Virus record (IMG/VR): IMGVR_UViG_3300021138_000150
Span: 1-25,993 of that record
Source: a virus
Taxonomy: Duplodnaviria > Caudoviricetes
Length of the DNA: 25,993 bases
Strand: one strand, 5' to 3'
Positions 1-6,908 of the stretch are shown piece by piece; within the stretch, counting starts at the first letter, position 1; every line of letters begins with the position of its first letter. Made by a program: the position numbers and the translations under genes. The notes beneath the pieces were generated by a model that saw nothing but the letters and a program-made list of their open reading frames with translations, did no database searches and was not told the origin of the DNA.

Positions 1-1
1 C

Positions 2-385
2 CCCCCACATTTACTTCTGGACTACACCGACAGCACATATGAGCAAAGAAACCAACGCACCAAGCGAACATACAAGAAACACGCCAACATTGACGGCTCA
101 AGTAAATCAAAGACAAAAGTGGCCTACTCCACAAACCAGCGATTATCGAGATCGAGGATCGGCGGGAAGTGGGGCTGTTCAGCGCAGGATAGAGAAAGGC
201 AAGCAAGTTATGTTGAGTCAATCGGTAGACCAGAACAGTGGTCAGTTGAACCCAACGTGGGTAGAGTGGCTGATGGGGTGGCCGCTAGGATGGACAGACT
301 TAAAGCCATTGGAAACGGACAAGTACCCCTTTGTGCAGCAACAGCATTCAGAATTTTAAGTAGGGATTATTATGATTGCAAATAA
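2..385 (+). CDS. DNA cytosine-5 methyltransferase, C-terminal part of the motif-X-bearing chain (5' truncated by window)
   Basis: Frame is open from base 2 to the stop at 383-385. It contains W..EP.VGRVADGV..RMDRLKAIGNGQVP, the motif X-type C-terminus typical of phage C5-MTases. Confidence 0.75.
   Translation, partial: PPHLLLDYTDSTYEQRNQRTKRTYKKHANIDGSSKSKTKVAYSTNQRLSRSRIGGKWGCSAQDRERQASYVESIGRPEQWSVEPNVGRVADGVAARMDRLKAIGNGQVPLCAATAFRILSRDYYDCK
3..359 (+). CDS. Overlapping alternative-frame C5-MTase polypeptide carrying a motif IX-like segment (probably 5' truncated)
   Basis: Frame is open from base 3 (PHIYFWTTPTAH...) to TAA 357-359. It has W(P/T)TP repeats and GQLNPTWVEWLMGWPLGWTD. Confidence 0.7.
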   Translation, partial: PHIYFWTTPTAHMSKETNAPSEHTRNTPTLTAQVNQRQKWPTPQTSDYRDRGSAGSGAVQRRIEKGKQVMLSQSVDQNSGQLNPTWVEWLMGWPLGWTDLKPLETDKYPFVQQQHSEF

Positions 386-662
386 CTTTGATACTAATTC
401 AGATGCGTCAATTGCGGAATTACGATTTCGTTTGATTGCAACGAATGTTTCACCAGATGAAATATCCAATGCCACAACCATTTCAGCAGCAACAATATAT
501 AGATTTTTAGCAGATGATAATGGCATTTCTATTCAGACTTATTTTAAATTAATAGACTTTTGTAAACATTATGAAAAACAAATAGCCAATGAATTATCTG
601 AAAAGAAAAAAAACCGTGTAAAGAAACGAGGCGAATTAGTTCAAGAAAGTGCGCCTGTTTAA
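372..662 (+). CDS. Helix-turn-helix (XRE/Cro-like) transcriptional regulator
   Basis: VSPDEISNATTISAATIYRFL...ISIQTYFKL fits an HTH pattern; basic C-terminus; located just upstream of the replication gene. Confidence 0.6.
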   Translation: MIANNFDTNSDASIAELRFRLIATNVSPDEISNATTISAATIYRFLADDNGISIQTYFKLIDFCKHYEKQIANELSEKKKNRVKKRGELVQESAPV

Positions 663-684
663 TTTACTAATAAGGAATACCAAA

Positions 685-1482
685 ATGCATTGGTATAAGA
701 AAAACATTGGCGATTATGCCAAGAAAACACAGCGTTTAAATATGCTTCAACATGGAGCATATAATCAATTAATGGATGCCTGTTATGACAGGGAAAAGTT
801 TCCTACATTAGAGGAAGCAATTGATTGGGTATGGGCTAGTTCTGATGAAGAAATTGCGGCGGTCAAATACATTTTGAACCGATTTTTTGATCTTCATGAT
901 GGTGTTTATTTCCAAAGTAGGGTTGCTGAAGAGATCGAAGCCTATCACGCGAAAGCAGAGAAGAATAAGCGAATCGCAAACGAATCGTGGACGAAACGTA
1001 AAGAAAGCGATGCGAAACGTATACGAAACGTACCAGAAAATGAAGGTGTCGTATGCGAACGTATACCAAACCAAGAACCAATAACCATTAACCATGAACA
1101 ACCCCCCCTTACCCCCCCTAGGGGGAAGCGATCACGCGCATCGCGTTTGCCTGATGACCTGACCCCAAACCAAACCGCGATTGATTTAGCAAAACGAATT
1201 AATGTTGATTTAGATTCAGAGTTTCGAGCATTTAAAGATCATGCATTGGCTAATGGAAAAACATTTAGCGATTGGCAAGCAGCTATAAGAACTTGGCTTA
1301 ATAACTCAGTTAAATTTAATAAAGGAAACGGGGCAGCAAATGGACAACGAAAAGACAACGACTTCAGAAACACCGAAGAGTTATTTAAGCGCACGAGAAA
1401 TGCGCGTGAAAGTAATCGAACCTCTGTTTACGAGAATGAAGGTGTTATTCGGCTCGAAGATGAACTTGGAATATTCAGATGA
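685..1482 (+). CDS. Phage replication initiator, YdaU/DUF1376-like (lambda O analogue)
   Basis: ATG 685 follows the SD AAGGA. N-terminus MHWYKKNIGDY...T..L...QHGAY..LMD..YD.E is DUF1376-like, there are central repeats, and the C-terminal F.D.....GK...DWQAA.RTW helix domain is present. Confidence 0.8.
   Translation: MHWYKKNIGDYAKKTQRLNMLQHGAYNQLMDACYDREKFPTLEEAIDWVWASSDEEIAAVKYILNRFFDLHDGVYFQSRVAEEIEAYHAKAEKNKRIANESWTKRKESDAKRIRNVPENEGVVCERIPNQEPITINHEQPPLTPPRGKRSRASRLPDDLTPNQTAIDLAKRINVDLDSEFRAFKDHALANGKTFSDWQAAIRTWLNNSVKFNKGNGAANGQRKDNDFRNTEELFKRTRNARESNRTSVYENEGVIRLEDELGIFR
970..1066. repeat. Iteron-like direct repeats CGAA(A/T)CG(TA); putative replication origin
   Basis: Copies start at 970, 981, 992, 1013 and 1024, with a variant at 1056. 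Phasing is about 11 bp, inside the initiator gene as in lambdoid origins. Confidence 0.6.
1069..1103. repeat. 7-bp tandem repeat AACCA(A/T)N next to the iterons
   Basis: aaccaag aaccaat aaccatt aaccatg aacaacc, followed by C-runs. Confidence 0.6.
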
Positions 1483-2101
1483 CACGATGGAAGAAATATT
1501 TAATTTTTGGGCAAATGAACTATCTGAATTTGCGGTAGAAGATATTCGTGCAATCTATCCAAAAATAAAAGACCAGCAATATCCACCATCGTTGTCTGAC
1601 GTAATTGCATGGTTGAAACCAAAATTAAACTATGAGCAATTATTTAAAGAAGCAGCCAATGGAACATTTTATTTACGTGCAGTTTATGAAGCGGTTCAGC
1701 AATATGGGCAATTTGATATACGCCGAGACAATTACGATAAAGCCAAGGTTAGATGGAAAGGATTACTTGATCAGTGTTTTTTAAATTATGGGAAAGACCT
1801 ATACATCGCCCCGCCGTTGTTGCAAATAAAAAAAAATGAACCATTGCCAATGGATAAAATACACGCTATTCGTCAAAAGATGGATGACATTTTAGAAAAC
1901 GCACAAAACAATCCAAACAAAGATTGGGCACATCGATTGAAAGCTAAATTTGATGCAGGTGAAAAATTAAGCCAATGTCAAATTGATTGCATGTGCGAAG
2001 CCCTAGAACTTGATCAGGTTGAATTACGCAAAAAACATGCAAAACCAGCTAAAAATGCAACACAACCTGTCAGTCGTAAGGATCGAGTGCTTGTTGATTA
2101 A
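1340..2101 (+). CDS. Putative helicase loader, lambda P-like replication protein
   Basis: Follows the O-like gene. Pattern LF.RM...FG.K.....W...L......I.......YPPSL. Start may be ATG 1340 or ATG 1400. Confidence 0.55.
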   Translation: MDNEKTTTSETPKSYLSAREMRVKVIEPLFTRMKVLFGSKMNLEYSDDTMEEIFNFWANELSEFAVEDIRAIYPKIKDQQYPPSLSDVIAWLKPKLNYEQLFKEAANGTFYLRAVYEAVQQYGQFDIRRDNYDKAKVRWKGLLDQCFLNYGKDLYIAPPLLQIKKNEPLPMDKIHAIRQKMDDILENAQNNPNKDWAHRLKAKFDAGEKLSQCQIDCMCEALELDQVELRKKHAKPAKNATQPVSRKDRVLVD

Positions 2102-2199
2102 CCGTTATTCGAACCACGAACGCGCAGGATCGTTTTAAAGCAGCATGGATATACGAAGGTATCACCCAATCACTTAAAACCCAACCACCGAGGTGTAGC

Positions 2200-2370
2200 A
2201 TGGATGACCAAATTGATTTATTGAAAACCAAAATTGATTTTATTGAACGCAACTTAGATACATTGAATAATCGAATAGATCATATTGTTGAAGAAATACA
2301 GTCTGCACATAAAAATTTACAACGATTGAAAGATGCGTTTTATAAAAAAAATGAGGATTGGGGAAAATGA
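2200..2370 (+). CDS. Small coiled-coil hypothetical protein, 56 aa (absent from ORF track)
   Basis: SD GAGGTG at 2190-2195, ATG 2200. MDDQIDLLKTKIDFIERNLDTLNNRIDHIVEEIQSAHKNLQRLKDAF... shows a heptad pattern. Its TGA overlaps the rusA ATG (ATGA 2367-2370). Confidence 0.75.
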   Translation: MDDQIDLLKTKIDFIERNLDTLNNRIDHIVEEIQSAHKNLQRLKDAFYKKNEDWGK

Positions 2371-2789
2371 TTCATTTTACAGTGCCAGGGGAACCAGTTG
2401 GAAAAGGTCGTGTTGCGGATATGGTGCGAAATGGAATCACAATGAAGGTCACACCAAAGAAAACACGCGATTATGAATCTATGGTTGCTCAATTAGCTAA
2501 AACTGAAATGTTAGGTTTGCCGTTACTTGACGGGCCAATTATTATGAGAATCTACGCTCATTATGGAATTGGGGCATCGTGGAGTAAAACAAAGAAAGAA
2601 GATGCCATCACCAGTAAAACAAGACCAACTAAAAAACCTGATCTATCCAATGTGATTAAAGCTATTGAAGATGCGTGCAATGGAATTGTTTACAAAGATG
2701 ATTCAGCGATTGTTCATTTGATTGCGACGAAGGCTTGGAGCAATGAACCAAGAGTTGAAGTGCAAATCGAGATGCTGGCAATAGCATAA
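2367..2789 (+). CDS. rusA: RusA-family Holliday junction resolvase
   Basis: F.VPGEPVGKGR N-terminus, TPKKT..YE, and KKPDLSNVIKAIEDACNGIVYKDDSAIV motif. Confidence 0.85.
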   Translation: MIHFTVPGEPVGKGRVADMVRNGITMKVTPKKTRDYESMVAQLAKTEMLGLPLLDGPIIMRIYAHYGIGASWSKTKKEDAITSKTRPTKKPDLSNVIKAIEDACNGIVYKDDSAIVHLIATKAWSNEPRVEVQIEMLAIA

Positions 2790-2816
2790 ATTTTAACTTT
2801 GCGGTACATTTCGCGC

Positions 2817-3323
2817 ATGGATACCACCACTCTTGCAAAAGTTAAAAAACAAAGAAAACGCCCTTCATATGATGAAAACAAGGTTGAAGAAATATTGGCC
2901 TTGTTGCGTGAAGGTAAATCTTTGCATGAAATATGCCTTATGGAAGGCATGCCAAAAAGAACAACGGTCATTGGGTGGATTGATAATGATTTCAATGGCT
3001 TGGCAGACAAATACGCGCGCGCGCGCGATATTGGGTATATGTGGCATGCCGAAAAAATAATGGAGATTGCAGATACTCCACACATTATGCGCTTCCAAAA
3101 CGTCACTGATAATGGTGCAACCCAAACTGTCACGGTGGTGGAACGTGATATGACAGAACATAGAAAACTGCAAATTGACACACGTAAGTGGATTTTGGCT
3201 CGAATGTTACCCAAACAGTTTGGAGATAAGAATCCAGTGGATGACAATAATGGTGAATTGAAAATAACCATTGAAGGTGGTACTGGAAGAATCACCCGCA
3301 AGAATGGACGGGATCAAGGTTAA
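2817..3323 (+). CDS. terS: Terminase small subunit
   Basis: RPS.Y....EEI...LREGKSL.EIC..EGMP...TV..W...YARAR...ADT...RKLQIDTRKWILARMLPKQFGDK (Sf6-type TerS pattern); immediately upstream of terL. Confidence 0.85.
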   Translation: MDTTTLAKVKKQRKRPSYDENKVEEILALLREGKSLHEICLMEGMPKRTTVIGWIDNDFNGLADKYARARDIGYMWHAEKIMEIADTPHIMRFQNVTDNGATQTVTVVERDMTEHRKLQIDTRKWILARMLPKQFGDKNPVDDNNGELKITIEGGTGRITRKNGRDQG

Positions 3324-4596
3324 GTTACCTGAGTTGCACTCAGGTCAGATTACTATCATAGAGAATGCTGGCAAACACAATGTTGTGTGTTGTGGGCGGC
3401 GGTTTGGTAAAACAACTTTGATGGTTGCCATCGCGGGCACTGATGCTGCTAGTGGCGCACACGTTGGTTTATTCACCCCTGAATACAAACAATTAGCCGA
3501 ACCTTGGGAAATGCTAAAGGATGCGCTGAAGGATATGACCATTCGATCAAGTAAGAACGATGGGGTGATCAGATTAAAGGGCGGTGGTGTAATAGACTTT
3601 TGGACGCTCAACGACAACGAACTTGCTGGGCGGGGCCGAGAATACGATGTTGTGTGTATTGATGAAGCAGCCTATACCAAAGCCAAAGATATGCAGATGA
3701 TTAACATTTGGGAAAAGGGAATTAAGCCAACCCTTCTAACCACTGATGGTGAATCTTGGTTATTTTCAACACCAAATGGTATTGACCAGGACAATTTCTT
3801 TTTTCGTGCATGGCATGATCCAGATTGGAAGTTTATTCAGCATCATGCACCAACAGCAAACAACCCTTACGTATCCCCTGCCCTGCTAGAAGAAGAAAGG
3901 CTAAATGCACATCCGCTAGTATGGAAACAAGAATTCCTAGCCGATTTTGTATCTTGGGATAATGACACATTTTTTAAATTGCACTACTTTATGGATGACA
4001 ACAAAATGCCTGTTGATTATCCCAATAAGTGCGATCTTGTGTTTGCTGTTATGGATTGTGCAGTGAAAGCAGGCACAGAAAATGATGCAACCGCGATTGT
4101 TTATTTTGCTTACAACCAACTTTACGGCACACCATTAACCATATTGGATTATGAATTACATAGCATTGAAGCAGCCAGCTTGGAGTATTTAGGGCCAGAT
4201 GTACTAAAAAAATGTCAGAGATTAGCTGAAGAATGTGGTGCAAGGCTTGGAACCATTGGGTGTTTTGTAGAAGATGCAGCAGGTGGCAGCATATTGTTGC
4301 AATGGGCTAAAGCGCGTGGCTGGATGTTCAGAGCAATTGACAGTGTTTTAATGTCAAAAGGAAAAGATGAACGTGCCATGATTGCGGGTGGCCCAGCACA
4401 TTTAGGTCAATGCAAGTTTAGTCATTATGCACATGACAAACTGGTGCAATGGAAAGGTAGAACCATGAATCACCTACTCCATCAAATCTTAACCTTCCGC
4501 GTGGGTGATAAAGATGCAGCCAAGCGTGCAGATGATGCGCTCGATTGTTTCACTTATGGAATTGCCATCGCATTGACCGAACATAAGGCTTTATAA
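3304..4596 (+). CDS. terL: Terminase large subunit
   Basis: Walker A CGRRFGKTT, Walker B VCIDEAA, FSTPNG coupling motif, QEFLADF, and nuclease acidic residues (MDCA, NDAT, DDALDC). Start ATG 3304 is preferred over TTG 3271. Confidence 0.93.
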   Translation: MDGIKVKLPELHSGQITIIENAGKHNVVCCGRRFGKTTLMVAIAGTDAASGAHVGLFTPEYKQLAEPWEMLKDALKDMTIRSSKNDGVIRLKGGGVIDFWTLNDNELAGRGREYDVVCIDEAAYTKAKDMQMINIWEKGIKPTLLTTDGESWLFSTPNGIDQDNFFFRAWHDPDWKFIQHHAPTANNPYVSPALLEEERLNAHPLVWKQEFLADFVSWDNDTFFKLHYFMDDNKMPVDYPNKCDLVFAVMDCAVKAGTENDATAIVYFAYNQLYGTPLTILDYELHSIEAASLEYLGPDVLKKCQRLAEECGARLGTIGCFVEDAAGGSILLQWAKARGWMFRAIDSVLMSKGKDERAMIAGGPAHLGQCKFSHYAHDKLVQWKGRTMNHLLHQILTFRVGDKDAAKRADDALDCFTYGIAIALTEHKAL

Positions 4597-4630
4597 TGTA
4601 AACTTCCCCTAAACCACCCAAGGGCGAATT

Positions 4631-6049
4631 ATGAGCACGATTTCAGTCAACGGCACTACTCTCAACAATCAACTGCAAGCACTTCTTGAAGCCGATTCGA
4701 TTGATTGGGGTACTAATGCAGGCTATCAACTAGCCAAAGACATTTTCTTGTATCACCCACTGGGTTTTCGGATCGCCGCAGGGCCGGTCAAACTTGCAAT
4801 GTCGCGCCCCCGTGAGTTGGTTATCTCAACCGCCCGTGAAAAGATTGGGCCGGAAATGATGCTAACTGAGGCATTTGAAAAAGAATGGCACGATATCAAA
4901 GCAAACGATCATATATTCGCCACGATGACCCAGGCGCGGGTATACGGCGTTTCAGCAATGGTATGGGGTGCGCGTGGTCATCCAACTGATAAGCCCATCG
5001 ATCCCTGGATGTATCCAAACATTGATATGTTCATTCATACCTTTGATGCCTTAAATCTTGCAGGCTCAATGGTACTTAACCAAAACCCCAATGCAATTGA
5101 TTTTCAGGGCAAAGCCGATGGCATCACGGGTGCTGGTCAGCCCTATGCGCGTGGTAACAGCCTGGTTGTATTAAATGAATTCCCCATTTATCTAGCATTT
5201 AACTCAGCAGGTTATGGATTCAATGGGCGCTCAGTGTATCAGCGTGGAATTTACCCATTGCGCTCCTATCTGCTTGTGATGCAAACCGATGCAATGGTGG
5301 CGCGTAAAGCGGGATTGATTGTTGCCAAGATTAAACAAGCGGGTTCCATCGTTAGCAATATGATGGCAAAGGCCACCGGCTACAAACGCTCGATTTTGCA
5401 GCAAGGTGGTACTGAAAACGTGCTATCCATTGATTTGGATGAAGAGATTGCTGCTATTGATCTCACCAACGTCAATCAGGCATTGAGTGCTAGCCGCAAG
5501 AATATATTGGAAGATATTGCCGCCGCAGTCGATATGCCAGCGCGATACCTAACACAAGAAACCTACTCCACTGGCCTTGCTGATGGTACGCAAGATGCAG
5601 CAGATTTAATGCGTTATATCAGTGATATACGCCAACAAATGGAACCACTTTATGATGAACTAACAAGGATATGTCAGCATCGCGCATGGAGTGAAGAGTT
5701 TTTTGAGGCGGTGCGTGCCGCATACCCTGATGAATATCGAGGCATGACCTACAAGCAGGCATTTTATAGTTGGACTGAAGGCTGCAAGTTTGAGTGGCCT
5801 GATCTGAATGAAGAGCCAGAAAGCCAAAAAGCCAAGGCTGATGAAATCAAGTTGAAAGGTTTAACTGAAATGCTTCGCACGATGTTGCCAGCCGTTGACC
5901 CACAAAACCGTGCGCGTGTATTGGAATGGGCGCAAGGCAATTTGAACCAGATGGAAAGTATGTTTAGCCAAGAATTGATCTTAGATATTGAAGAAATTGC
6001 CAATTACGAGCCACCCGCCCCATTGGAAGAACCCAAAGCGCGGGATTAA
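4631..6049 (+). CDS. Portal protein (DUF1073-like)
   Basis: 472 aa directly after terL; ARVYG and IAAAVDMP...L......GL..G..D...Y motifs. Confidence 0.8.
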   Translation: MSTISVNGTTLNNQLQALLEADSIDWGTNAGYQLAKDIFLYHPLGFRIAAGPVKLAMSRPRELVISTAREKIGPEMMLTEAFEKEWHDIKANDHIFATMTQARVYGVSAMVWGARGHPTDKPIDPWMYPNIDMFIHTFDALNLAGSMVLNQNPNAIDFQGKADGITGAGQPYARGNSLVVLNEFPIYLAFNSAGYGFNGRSVYQRGIYPLRSYLLVMQTDAMVARKAGLIVAKIKQAGSIVSNMMAKATGYKRSILQQGGTENVLSIDLDEEIAAIDLTNVNQALSASRKNILEDIAAAVDMPARYLTQETYSTGLADGTQDAADLMRYISDIRQQMEPLYDELTRICQHRAWSEEFFEAVRAAYPDEYRGMTYKQAFYSWTEGCKFEWPDLNEEPESQKAKADEIKLKGLTEMLRTMLPAVDPQNRARVLEWAQGNLNQMESMFSQELILDIEEIANYEPPAPLEEPKARD

Positions 6050-6052
6050 CAC

Positions 6053-6871
6053 ATGGCAAAGCGCAAAAGCTATTTTGAATTATTGACCGAAGCGGTTAAT
6101 CATTTCATTGATAACGGCTACACATCTCAGGCTGAATTAAAGAAGTGGATCAAAATACTCAAGCAATCCGCTGAATTAACGCTTGGCAATCCTACCAAAA
6201 CCGAACTGGATGTACGCCGAGCATTAACAACAACATTTAACAATCTAACCTCTAAGAGTGGCATTGCAAGATACCACCCAGGTATTAGCGTGTTTACGGT
6301 CAATAACCTAAAACCCGCATTACGCAGGGAATTGGATAAACGCATATTAGCCAGCGTGAATCTCATAAAACTTAACCGCGAAGAAACGATCAGCACAACG
6401 CTGCGGCGTTTTGAAGGCTGGGCCACTTCCATTCCGATGGGTGGTAGTAATGCGATTGACCGTGTTGCAGAAAAACAAAACATTCGTAAGCCATTGGCAC
6501 AAATGGATTTTAAAGAAAAGCGTGTCACCATTGACCAAACGCTTAAATTAAACGCATCCATAAACAATGTTATTGCCCAATCAGGTGGTGCGATTGCGGC
6601 AAAATGGCACAGTAATTGGCGTCAATCAGGCTACGATTACCGCGAAGATCACAAAGAGCGCGATGAGCACATTTATTTAATGCGTGATTCATGGGCTAAA
6701 GAAAAAGGATTAGTTAAACCTGGGCCTGATGGTTACTTGGATGACATTACCAAGCCAGGGGAAGAAGTTTATTGCAGGTGTACAGCCGTTTATATTTACA
6801 GCCCATTTAACTTGCCCTCAGAGATGTTGACTGAAAAAGGACGGGAATACGTTGCACCAAAAGACAAATAA
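6053..6871 (+). CDS. Head morphogenesis protein, MuF/SPP1 gp7-like (short form, no toxin extension)
   Basis: W.S......R..H..RD and PGEEVYCRC motifs; positioned after the portal. Confidence 0.8.
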   Translation: MAKRKSYFELLTEAVNHFIDNGYTSQAELKKWIKILKQSAELTLGNPTKTELDVRRALTTTFNNLTSKSGIARYHPGISVFTVNNLKPALRRELDKRILASVNLIKLNREETISTTLRRFEGWATSIPMGGSNAIDRVAEKQNIRKPLAQMDFKEKRVTIDQTLKLNASINNVIAQSGGAIAAKWHSNWRQSGYDYREDHKERDEHIYLMRDSWAKEKGLVKPGPDGYLDDITKPGEEVYCRCTAVYIYSPFNLPSEMLTEKGREYVAPKDK

Positions 6872-6908
6872 GGTGAAAATTGCTGCATGATCCTGACCAA
6901 AAAACATC

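Noticed and set aside
3014-3027. (CG)7 run inside terS; possible Z-DNA or pac signal
   Set aside because: It encodes the conserved YARAR motif, and nothing independent points to a pac site.
4573-4597. TTGACC...TATAAT as a sigma70 promoter
   Set aside because: The spacer is only 13 nt, and TATAAT includes the terL stop codon.
6053-6871. MuF polymorphic toxin
   Set aside because: The protein ends about 25 residues after CRC; there is no toxin extension or immunity gene.
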